Assembly: GCA_036741535.1 (NCBI GenBank)
Contig: DAINSB010000001.1
Span: 1,503-65,502, forward strand
Direction of reading: 5' to 3'
Length of the DNA: 64,000 nt
Source: Caproicibacter sp.
Lineage (GTDB): Bacteria; Bacillota; Clostridia; Oscillospirales; Acutalibacteraceae
Part shown: positions 55,603-64,000 of the stretch, in pieces
Layout of the letters: each line of letters starts with the position of its first letter
Numbering within the stretch: the stretch's first letter is position 1
Notes under the pieces: generated by a model
What the model saw: the letters and a program-made list of their open reading frames with translations, nothing else
The model's database searches: none
Told to the model about the DNA's origin: nothing
Translations under genes and position numbers: made by a program

Positions 55603-58497
55603 ATGAAGATAGGACTGGACATTGGCTCGACCACCATTAAATGTGCCGTTACAGATGAAAAGGGGAAAATTCTATATCGTTCCTACGGGCGCCATTATTC
55701 CAAGATCACAGAAAAGATGTCGGAACTGCTGCAGAAGGTCCGGCGGGACATCATTCCCGGTGAAAAGGCGTCTCTGACCGTTTCCGGCTCCGCGGGAATG
55801 GGCATCTCGCAGACCTGCAAACTGCCGTTCGTACAGGAAGTCTACGCCACGCGCATTGCCGTTGGAAAGCTGATTCCGGATGCCGATGTCGTAATAGAAC
55901 TTGGCGGCGAAGACGCCAAGATTCTTTTTTTAACCGGCGGAATGGAGGTCCGCATGAACGGCTCCTGCGCCGGCGGCACGGGCGCCTTCATCGACCAGAT
56001 GGCGACTTTGCTGAACGTCCCGCTGGACGAGATGAACGACCTGGCGGGGCGGTACGAGAAGATCTACACCATTGCCTCGCGGTGCGGCGTTTTCGCGAAG
56101 TCCGACATCCAGCCGCTGCTGAACCAGGGCGCGCGGAAAACGGACGTTTCGGCGAGCATCTTCGCCGCCGTCGCCAACCAGACCATCGCCGGGCTGGCGC
56201 AGGGCCGGCCGATCGGGGGCAAGGTGCTGTACCTCGGCGGACCGCTCACGTTCCTCTCGGAGCTTCGCGCCAGCTTCGACCGCGCGCTGAAGATCGAGGG
56301 CGTGTGCCCCGAAAACTCGCTGTATTTCGTCGCGCTCGGGGCGGCCTACTGCAGCGCCGACGAGATCGACCTCGACCGGGCGCTCGAGAGCATCCAAAAA
56401 TACGGCTCAACCGGAAAATTTCTGTTCATCCCTCCCCTGTTCCGGAGCCGGGAAGAATACGACGAATTCTGCAGACGGCACGAGGCGTGCAAAGCGCCGC
56501 GCGGCGACATCGGGACCTACGAGGGCGGCGCGTTCCTCGGCGTGGACGCCGGCTCCACCACGGTGAAGGCCGTCGTCCTCGGCAAACAAGGGGAAATTTT
56601 AAGCTCCGTCTACAAGGGTAACTCCGGCAACCCCGTGCCGATCATCAAAGACTACCTGCTCGATCTCTACAAAAAATATCCCAGAGTCAAAATAGAGGGA
56701 AGCGCCGTCACCGGATACGGCGAGGAGCTGCTGAAAAATGCCTTCGGCATCGACTTCGGCATCGTCGAGACCGTGGCGCATTTCACTGCGGCGAAACGTT
56801 TCCGGCCGAATGTCGATTTCGTGATCGACATCGGCGGGCAGGACATGAAATGCTTCAAGATCCGGAACGGCGCCATCGACAACATCTTCCTCAACGAGGC
56901 GTGCTCCTCCGGCTGCGGGTCGTTCCTGCAGACCTTTGCGAACACGCTGGGCTACTCGATCGCGGACTTCGCCAAGCTCGGCCTCTTCGCCGAGCATCCG
57001 GTGGACCTCGGGTCGCGCTGCACGGTGTTCATGAACTCCCAGGTCAAGCAGGCGCAGAAAGACGGCGCCACGACCGAGGACATCAGCGCGGGGCTTTCCG
57101 TCAGCGTGGTGAAAAACGCGATCTACAAGGTCATCCGCGTGCCGAACGCCGCGGAGCTCGGCCGCAATATCGTCGTGCAGGGCGGGACGTTCCTGAACGA
57201 CGCCGTGCTGCGCGTCTTTGAAAAGGAGCTCGGGGTCGAGGTGACGCGGCCCGACATCTCCGGCCTGATGGGCGCCTACGGCGCGGCCCTTTACGCGATG
57301 AACCGCTCCTCCGGAAAGACTTGCCTGATCGGCCCCGAAGAGCTGGAAAACTTCAAGCACGAGGTAAGGGTGACCAACTGCGGCATGTGCAGCAACCACT
57401 GCCGCCTGACCGTCAATATTTTCGGAGGGAACCGCCGCTTCATCGGCGGAAACCGCTGCGAAAAGCCGGTGACCAAACGCTCTTCCCGCGAAGAGCTGGA
57501 CATGTACGCCTACAAGCTGAACCTGCTTCGCTCCTACCGGCCGCAGAAGGGCCCGCGCGGAAAGCTCGGCATCCCGATGGGCCTGAACATGTACGAGCTG
57601 CTGCCGTTCTGGCACGCCTTTTTCACGCGCCTCGGCTTCGAGGTGGTGACTTCTCCCCTTTCGAGCCGCGAGCTGTACCTCGAGGGCCAGAGTACCATCC
57701 CCTCGGACACGGTCTGCTTCCCGGCGAAGCTGATGCACGGCCACGTACAGGCGCTGGTGGACCAGGGGATCAAAAACATCTTCTACCCCTGTATGTCTTA
57801 CAACTTCGACGAAAAGCTCGGCGACAACCATTACAACTGCCCGGTCGTCGCCTATTACCCGGAGGTCATCAGCGCGAATATGCGCTGTCTCGACAAGTGC
57901 CATTTCATCCACGACTACGTCGGCATCCACCGAAAACACGATTTTCCGAAGAAGATGGCGGGGATTCTGCGCAAGTATGTGCCCGACATTTCGGATCGGG
58001 AGGTCCGCGCCGCCGCGAGGCTGGCTTACCGGGAATATGACGCCTACCTTGCGAAGGTCCGCGCGGAGGGCGACCGGATGATCGCCGAAGCACGGAAGCG
58101 AAACATGCAGATCATCATTCTGAGCGGACGCCCCTATCATCTGGACTCGGAGATCAACCACGGCATCGACAAACTGATCACGTCCCTCGGGGCCGCGGTG
58201 ATCAGCGAGGACGTGGTGAGCTGCAAGGTCAGGCGCTTTTCCACCAAAGTGCTCAACCAGTGGACCTACCATGCGAGGCTGTACGCCGCCGCGAAATACG
58301 TCGGCGACAAGCCGGACATGAACCTCGTGCAGTTGGTTTCGTTCGGATGCGGCGTGGACGCGATCACGACGGACGAAGTGCGCCGCATCCTGGAGGAAAA
58401 CGGCAAAATCTACACGCAGGTGAAAATCGACGAGATCACCAACCTCGGCGCGGTGAAAATCAGGCTGCGCAGCCTGTTCGCCGCTTTGGAGAAATGA
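55603..58497 (+). CDS. CoA-substrate-specific enzyme activase (two BcrAD/BadFG ATPase domains plus a DUF2229-like C-terminal domain)
   Basis: 964-aa ORF. MKIGLDIGSTTIK and a second GVDAGSTTVK. Cys motifs NCGMCSNHC. Confidence 0.8.
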   Translation: MKIGLDIGSTTIKCAVTDEKGKILYRSYGRHYSKITEKMSELLQKVRRDIIPGEKASLTVSGSAGMGISQTCKLPFVQEVYATRIAVGKLIPDADVVIELGGEDAKILFLTGGMEVRMNGSCAGGTGAFIDQMATLLNVPLDEMNDLAGRYEKIYTIASRCGVFAKSDIQPLLNQGARKTDVSASIFAAVANQTIAGLAQGRPIGGKVLYLGGPLTFLSELRASFDRALKIEGVCPENSLYFVALGAAYCSADEIDLDRALESIQKYGSTGKFLFIPPLFRSREEYDEFCRRHEACKAPRGDIGTYEGGAFLGVDAGSTTVKAVVLGKQGEILSSVYKGNSGNPVPIIKDYLLDLYKKYPRVKIEGSAVTGYGEELLKNAFGIDFGIVETVAHFTAAKRFRPNVDFVIDIGGQDMKCFKIRNGAIDNIFLNEACSSGCGSFLQTFANTLGYSIADFAKLGLFAEHPVDLGSRCTVFMNSQVKQAQKDGATTEDISAGLSVSVVKNAIYKVIRVPNAAELGRNIVVQGGTFLNDAVLRVFEKELGVEVTRPDISGLMGAYGAALYAMNRSSGKTCLIGPEELENFKHEVRVTNCGMCSNHCRLTVNIFGGNRRFIGGNRCEKPVTKRSSREELDMYAYKLNLLRSYRPQKGPRGKLGIPMGLNMYELLPFWHAFFTRLGFEVVTSPLSSRELYLEGQSTIPSDTVCFPAKLMHGHVQALVDQGIKNIFYPCMSYNFDEKLGDNHYNCPVVAYYPEVISANMRCLDKCHFIHDYVGIHRKHDFPKKMAGILRKYVPDISDREVRAAARLAYREYDAYLAKVRAEGDRMIAEARKRNMQIIILSGRPYHLDSEINHGIDKLITSLGAAVISEDVVSCKVRRFSTKVLNQWTYHARLYAAAKYVGDKPDMNLVQLVSFGCGVDAITTDEVRRILEENGKIYTQVKIDEITNLGAVKIRLRSLFAALEK

Positions 58498-58507
58498 GGC
58501 GCAACTT

Positions 58508-59800
58508 ATGGCAAAGCTGAAATACAACAAGCACGGCCGCCTGCTGTTCACCCGGGAAATGAAGAGGGAATACACCATCCTCGCCCCCATGATGGCGCCG
58601 ATCCATTTCCGGCTGATGATCAACGTGCTGAAAAACTGCGGCTATCATTTTGAACTGCTTGACACCAACAACCCGAACATCGTGCAGGAGGGGCTGAAAT
58701 ACGTCCACAACGACACCTGCTACCCGGCGCTGCTCGTGATCGGGCAGTTCATCGACGCACTCCACTCCGGCAAATACGACGTGAACAAGACCGCCCTCGT
58801 CATTTCGCAGACGGGCGGCGGGTGCCGCGCCTCCAACTACATCCATCTGCTGCGCAAGGCCCTGAAAAAGGCGGGCCTTGCGCAGGTGCCCGTCCTGTCG
58901 CTCAACCTGTCTTTCCTCGAGAGCAACCCGGGCTTTCACCTGACCCTTCCCATGCTGCGGAAATTCATCGCGGCCATGGTGTACGGCGACGCCCTGATGC
59001 TGCTGCGCAACCAGACGGAAGCCTACGAGGTGGAGAAGGGCGAGAGCGACGCCAAGGTGAAAAAGTGGAGCGATTTCCTCACGGACAAATTCAACCACGG
59101 GAAGGCGCTCTCCCGCAAGGAGCAAAGGCGCTATCTCTTTGAGATCGTAAAGGATTTCGCCGCTGTGCCCATTCATAAGGTCCCGAAAATAAAAGTGGGG
59201 ATCGTCGGTGAAATCTACGTGAAATACGCCGCGCTCGGCAACAACAATCTGGAGGATTTTCTGCGGGAGCAGGACTGCGAGGTCAATCTGCCCGGCCTGA
59301 TGAATTTCGCCCTGTTCAAGGTGGACAACCGGCTCGAGGACATCAAACTGTACGGCGGCAGCAGGATCAAATACGCCGTCGTGAGTATCCTGATGAATTA
59401 CCTGCTGGGGATGCAGGACACGCTGATCGAGGCGGTCAAAAGCGAACCACGCTTTCAGCCGCCGGAGCCCTACGCGCACACCAAGAGCCTTGTCAAAGGG
59501 GTGATCGGCTACGGCGACAAAATGGGAGAGGGGTGGCTGCTGACCGCGGAAATGCTGGAGCTGACCGAACAGGGATACGAAAACATCGTCTGCGCCCAGC
59601 CGTTCGGGTGCCTGCCGAACCACATCTGCGGCAAAGGGATGATCCACCGCATCAAGGCGATCAATGAAAAATCGAACATCGTCCCGATCGACTACGACCC
59701 GAGCGCGACCCGCGTCAACCAGGAGAACCGCATCAAGCTGATGCTCGCCGTCGCGCGGGAAAAGCTGGCGGCGGGTTGCCGCGGCCAAGCCGCGCCATAA
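58508..59800 (+). CDS. 2-hydroxyacyl-CoA dehydratase-like protein (partner of the activase)
   Basis: 430-aa ORF starting 10 nt after the activase stop. Conserved Cys-containing motifs NDTCYP, GGGCRASNY and QPFGCLPNH. Confidence 0.7.
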   Translation: MAKLKYNKHGRLLFTREMKREYTILAPMMAPIHFRLMINVLKNCGYHFELLDTNNPNIVQEGLKYVHNDTCYPALLVIGQFIDALHSGKYDVNKTALVISQTGGGCRASNYIHLLRKALKKAGLAQVPVLSLNLSFLESNPGFHLTLPMLRKFIAAMVYGDALMLLRNQTEAYEVEKGESDAKVKKWSDFLTDKFNHGKALSRKEQRRYLFEIVKDFAAVPIHKVPKIKVGIVGEIYVKYAALGNNNLEDFLREQDCEVNLPGLMNFALFKVDNRLEDIKLYGGSRIKYAVVSILMNYLLGMQDTLIEAVKSEPRFQPPEPYAHTKSLVKGVIGYGDKMGEGWLLTAEMLELTEQGYENIVCAQPFGCLPNHICGKGMIHRIKAINEKSNIVPIDYDPSATRVNQENRIKLMLAVAREKLAAGCRGQAAP

Positions 59801-59962
59801 GATGGGGTTAAATTCCGGGCTGCGACTGGCGCGAGAGTCTAAGGAATTGCTCCCGCAGGCGGGAGAGGCGCTGCGCGGCCCCAACCAAACTATTTTTTTC
59901 CGCCGTGTCGAATGGCCGGTCTGGCGGCGGGGGGCACCCCGCGGCGGAGCCTGGGGAGCGGA
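59765..59962 (+). repeat. GC-rich 3'-flank repeat, copy C (overlaps the last 12 codons of the upstream gene)
   Basis: CTGGCGGCGGGTTGCCGCGGCCAAGCCGCGCC matches copy A at 26/32. TCCGGG..TGGCGCGAGAGTCT..CTCCCGCAGGC..TGCGCGG also matches copy A, in the same order. Confidence 0.6.
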
Positions 59963-61633
59963 CTATGTCCGCTCCCATTTGTCGCACAGGGCGTTGATCT
60001 GGTCGGTGAATTTGGCGAGGTCCTTGTTGGCTCCCCCCTCGTTGTGCTGGATCACGCGCAGAAGCCGCTGGCCGGCGGAAAGCAGTCGGGAAAAGACGGA
60101 GGAGGCGCGCTTCGCCTCTTTTTTCGCAAACCGCACCTCCGGGGCGATGCCATCGTCCACGACGAGATTTTTCGTCAGATCGGCGACGGCGCGGTAGTTG
60201 GGGACGCAGGCGGAAAAGCCCCTTCCGGTCAGCTCCTCCGCAAAACTCTCGGCCGCCGTGACTTCCCCGTGGACGACAAACACGCGCCGCGGCTTTTGCC
60301 GGAACGCCTCCGCCCAGCGGAGCAGGCCGGAGCGGTCCGCGTGGCCGGAGAGAGCCTTGAAATTATAGATCCGGGCCTGCACCGCGATCTCCTCGCCGAA
60401 CAGTCTGACCTGCTTGACGCCGTCGGTCAGCATGCGGCCGAGGGTCCCCTCCGCCTGGTAGCCGACGAACACGACCGAACACTCCGGACGCCAGAGATTA
60501 TATTTCAGGTGGTGGCGGATCCGACCCGCCTCGCACATCCCGCTGGAAGAAATGATGACCTTCGGGGACGCATCCTCGTTGAGCGCCTTCGACTCCTCCA
60601 CGCTGTCGCAGGTGTGCAGATTGGAAAAGGAGATCGGCTGAAAGCCGCCGTCGAGCAGCCGGAGCGTATCTTCGTCGGCGTATCCCCGCAGGTCGCCGCT
60701 GTAGATTCTGGTCGCCTCCGCCGCGAGGGGACTGTCGACGTAGACCGGAAAATCCGGGACGCTTTTGACCAGCTTCTGCTCTTTCATCTCCCGGATGAAA
60801 TACAGCAGCTCCTGCGTGCGGCCGATCGCGAAGCTCGGGATGACCACGTTGCCGCCGAGGCTCAGCGTTCTGTCGAAAACTTCGGCCAGCTCCGGGATAT
60901 AGTTGGCGATGGGTTCGTGCTCCCGGTCGCCATAGGTCGACTCCATCACCACGTAATCGGCCTCTCCGATGTACTGCGGGTCCCGGATGATGGGCTGGTT
61001 CACGTTGCCGATGTCGCCGGAAAAAACGATCTTGACCGTCTTGCCGTTTTCCTCCGCCCAAAGCTCGATGGACGCGGAACCGAGCAGATGGCCGGCGTCG
61101 ATCATGCGGTAGCGGATGCCGTCGCAGAGCTGCCGGACCTCCCCGTAGCCGCACGGCTCGAAACGCTCCACGGTCCTCTCGGCGTCCTCGACCGTGTAGA
61201 TCGGCTCTTCCGGCTCTTTGCCCGCGCGCCTGCCCCTGCGGTTGCTGTTCACCGCATCCACCTGCTGGATATGCGCGCTGTCGCGCAGCATGATGGAAAG
61301 CAGGTCGCAGGTCGCGCGGGTCGCATGGATTTTTCCGGCGTAGCCGTTTTTGACGAGCATGGGTAGACGGCCGCTGTGGTCGATATGTGCGTGCGTGACC
61401 AGGACATAGTCGATCTGGGACGCATAAAACGGGAACTCCCGGTTTTCCTCTTCGCCGAGGCCCTGATACAGGCCGCAGTCCACCAGAATTTTTTTGCCGC
61501 AGGCTTCAAGGCAGTGGCAGCTCCCCGTCACTTCTTTGTCCGCGCCGTAAAAAACAAGGTTCACTCCATTTCCCTCCGCATGGCGGAAGACGGAATCTTC
61601 AAAGCCGGATTCCGGCCCCGCCGTTTTTTTCAT
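59963..61633 (-). CDS. MBL-fold / beta-CASP metallo-hydrolase (RNA-metabolising type)
   Basis: VTGSCH, HAHIDHSG and a C-terminal beta-CASP region. The start is uncertain (MKK at 61633, or further downstream). Confidence 0.8.
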   Translation of the reverse strand: MKKTAGPESGFEDSVFRHAEGNGVNLVFYGADKEVTGSCHCLEACGKKILVDCGLYQGLGEEENREFPFYASQIDYVLVTHAHIDHSGRLPMLVKNGYAGKIHATRATCDLLSIMLRDSAHIQQVDAVNSNRRGRRAGKEPEEPIYTVEDAERTVERFEPCGYGEVRQLCDGIRYRMIDAGHLLGSASIELWAEENGKTVKIVFSGDIGNVNQPIIRDPQYIGEADYVVMESTYGDREHEPIANYIPELAEVFDRTLSLGGNVVIPSFAIGRTQELLYFIREMKEQKLVKSVPDFPVYVDSPLAAEATRIYSGDLRGYADEDTLRLLDGGFQPISFSNLHTCDSVEESKALNEDASPKVIISSSGMCEAGRIRHHLKYNLWRPECSVVFVGYQAEGTLGRMLTDGVKQVRLFGEEIAVQARIYNFKALSGHADRSGLLRWAEAFRQKPRRVFVVHGEVTAAESFAEELTGRGFSACVPNYRAVADLTKNLVVDDGIAPEVRFAKKEAKRASSVFSRLLSAGQRLLRVIQHNEGGANKDLAKFTDQINALCDKWERT

Positions 61634-61836
61634 TATACCATACCGAGCCGGCGGACGAAAGCGTACACAGCCCGTTTCGGCCCCCCGATCGAGGACGTCC
61701 CCGGGGCGGGCCCTTGAGACGATATTTTCCGTATAACCACAGCCATGCAAGCCGTAGGCTCGAAAGGTACCGTGTACCCTTGTGAAATCGCCGCCGCAAG
61801 GTTATAATATTACCTGTATCCTGAAAAAACGGAGGG

Positions 61837-62358
61837 TTGAAAATGACAGATCCGCTTGTAACGATCCAGACGGAAAACGGAAAAATCGAAATCGAACTGT
61901 ACCCGGACATCGCCCCCAACACCGTGAACAACTTCCTCTCGCTGATTCGGAAAAAGTTTTACGACGGGACGACGTTCCACCGCATCATTCCCAATTTCAT
62001 GATCCAGGGGGGCGACCCGCACGGGAACGGCACGGGCGGACCCGGCTACTGCATCAAGGGCGAGTTCACCTCGAATCGCTTTCAAAACGATCTGAAACAC
62101 ACCCGCGGGGTCGTGTCGATGGCGCGCTCCATGAATCCGAACAGCGCCGGGTCGCAGTTCTTTATCATGGTCGACGACGCCCCTTATCTGGACGGGGAAT
62201 ACGCGGCCTTCGGAAAAGTCGTCAACGGCATGGAGGAGGTGGACCGCATCGTGTCCACGCCGCGCGATTACGACGACAAGCCTCTGACGGAGCAGAAAAT
62301 CGTTTCCGTAACGGCGGACACGTTCGGGGAGACCTACCATGAACCGAACAAGGTCTGA
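61837..62358 (+). CDS. ppiB: cytoplasmic cyclophilin-type peptidyl-prolyl isomerase
   Basis: 173-aa ORF with FHRIIPNFMIQGGDP and GSQFFI. Confidence 0.9.
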   Translation: MKMTDPLVTIQTENGKIEIELYPDIAPNTVNNFLSLIRKKFYDGTTFHRIIPNFMIQGGDPHGNGTGGPGYCIKGEFTSNRFQNDLKHTRGVVSMARSMNPNSAGSQFFIMVDDAPYLDGEYAAFGKVVNGMEEVDRIVSTPRDYDDKPLTEQKIVSVTADTFGETYHEPNKV

Positions 62359-64000
62359 CAGGGGGCCCGTGTCGCTGCTGCGCAGATTTCTCGGGTATTA
62401 CCGCCCCTATCTCGGCATCTTCTATTTCGACATGTTCTGCGCGCTGGTCCTCTCCGCGATCGACATCTCGTTTCCGCAGATCCTGCGCGTTCTGACGGGC
62501 GGCCTTTTCACGCAGAGCGCCCAGACGATCATCGGCCGCCTCGGCGTCCTGGCCGGCGCGCTGCTGCTGATGTATCTGACCCGCTACGGCTGCCAGTACT
62601 ACATCACCTCCTGGGGACACATCATGGGGGCCAGGATGGAAAGCAACATGCGCCAGGACCTTTTCGACCAGTACCAGCGGATGTCGTTTTCCTACTACGA
62701 CCGCAACAACACGGGCGACCTGATGAGCCGCCTGGTTTCGGACCTGTTCGATATTTCCGAACTCGCGCACCACGGCCCGGAGAATATCTTCATCTCCCTG
62801 CTGAAAATCTTCGGCTCTTTCGTGATGATGCTGTTCCTCAATATCCCGATGACGCTGGTGCTGCTCGTCGTCACCGTTGTGATGCTCGTCTTCAGCGTCC
62901 ATGAAAACAAGCGGATGCAGGCTATATTTTTGGACAACCGCAGAAAGATCTCCGGCGTAAACTCGCAGGTGCAGGACAGCCTCGCCGGCATCCGCGTGGT
63001 GAAATCCTTCGGGAACGAGGAACTCGAGCGCGAAAAATTTGAATCCAGCAACGTGCGGTTCCTCGATTCCAAAGTCAGCAACTACCGCATGATGGGAATC
63101 TACCGGGCGGGCAACGCTTTCTTCGAAGGGCTGCTCTATCTCGTCGTTCTGGTGTACGGCGGATTCCTGATTGCGAAGGGCAGCCTGCACGTCGCCGATC
63201 TTGCGGTCTATGCGCTCTACATCGGCATTTTCATCAACCCCATCGACGTGTTGGTGGAATTCACGGAGCAGTTCCAGAAAGGGTATTCCGGCTTCCGGAG
63301 GTTCGTGGAGGTCATCGAGACCGCCCCGCAGATCACGGACAGGCCCGGCGCGGCGGAACTGAAAAACGTAAAGGGCGCGATCGACTTCCGCGACGTCTCG
63401 TTCCGGTACAACCGGGAAGAACGGGTGCTGGAGCATGTCAGCCTCCACATCGAGGCGGGCAGGAACGTGGCGCTCGTAGGGCCCTCCGGCAGCGGGAAAA
63501 CGACGCTCTGCTCCCTTCTCCCCCGCTTTTACGACGTGACGGGCGGCAGCGTCTGCATCGACGGAAAAGACGTCCGCGACGTGACCCTCCATTCCCTCCG
63601 CCAGACCATCGGGATCGTTCAGCAGGATGTCTACATGTTTTCCGGCAGCATACGCGAAAACATCTCCTACGGTAAGCCGGACGCGACGGACGAAGAGATC
63701 CTCGCAGCCGCGCGCAGCGCCGGCATCCACGACTTCATCAGCGGGCTGCCGGACGGCTACGACACCAGAAACAGCGGATCGCCATCGCCCGGGTCTTTCT
63801 GAAAACCCCGCCGATCCTGATCCTCGACGAGGCGACCAGCGCCCTCGACAACGAAAGCGAACGCTATATCCAGGAATCCCTCGACCGCCTGGCCAAAGAC
63901 CGCACCACCCTCGTGATTGCCCACCGGCTTTCCACCATCCGCAACGCCGACGAAATCGTCGTGATCGCGGACAACGGCATCGCCGAGCAGGGCACGCACG
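62339..64000 (+). pseudogene. ABC exporter (fused TMD-NBD, MsbA-like) disrupted by a deletion/frameshift that removes the LSGGQ signature; runs off the window end
   Basis: Frame 1 ends [19 protein letters not shown] at 63802. From 63766 another frame reads [32 protein letters not shown]...VIAHRLSTI. Confidence 0.7.

Noticed and set aside
1-64000. Search for CRISPR arrays, transposases, integrases, phage genes, toxin-antitoxin pairs or known defence genes.
   Set aside because: No regularly spaced direct repeats and no ORF with recombinase, transposase, nuclease-helicase or defence-type motifs were seen. The only repeats are the two short non-coding families reported above.

Overview
GC-rich, Clostridia-like (Oscillospiraceae/Ruminococcaceae-type) chromosomal segment. 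It is almost entirely core metabolism, and most genes are on the minus strand.

Gene order, left to right:
- ask(partial)-thrB-hom, then PBP1A
- secDF, an aminotransferase, a hemerythrin, asnS
- stand-alone tRNA-Ser(GGA) with its own promoter and terminator
- FlxA-like gene plus a small coiled-coil ORF; Cache-type MCP
- SPFH protein, lipoprotein, pyrG, cyclophilin lipoprotein, S1-domain protein
- mcsA-mcsB-TPR
- a hidden 52-aa Cys-rich microprotein, then a TSCPD protein
- two ABC modules (one in a GntR/YtrA-type operon) and a decayed third copy
- HD hydrolase, class-3 FBPase
- pstB-phoU-phoP-phoR
- an 11-gene fab/acc cluster (fabH-fabK-fabD-fabG-fabF-accB-fabZ-accC-accD-accA) and an acyl-CoA synthetase
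- an AT-rich gap
- GH130 / NDP-sugar pyrophosphorylase / GT4 / unknown-protein operon
- PASTA pseudokinase, yebC, pyrB fused to a PyrI zinc domain
- BcrAD-type activase plus a dehydratase-like protein
- beta-CASP MBL hydrolase, cyclophilin, and a disrupted ABC exporter

I see no CRISPR array, transposase, integrase, prophage or recognisable defence island.

The signals most worth a second look are non-coding or sub-threshold:
1. A near-consensus CIRCE operator plus promoter in front of the GH130 glycan operon.
2. A ~100-nt palindromic element inserted exactly at the stop codon between operon genes, in two copies.
3. A GC-rich repeat family sitting at gene 3' ends, in three copies.
4. The Cys-rich microprotein that the ORF track misses.
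5. A promoter-to-terminator ~180-nt unit upstream of the pseudokinase.

All protein calls rest on reading the supplied translations for family motifs. No database search was possible.
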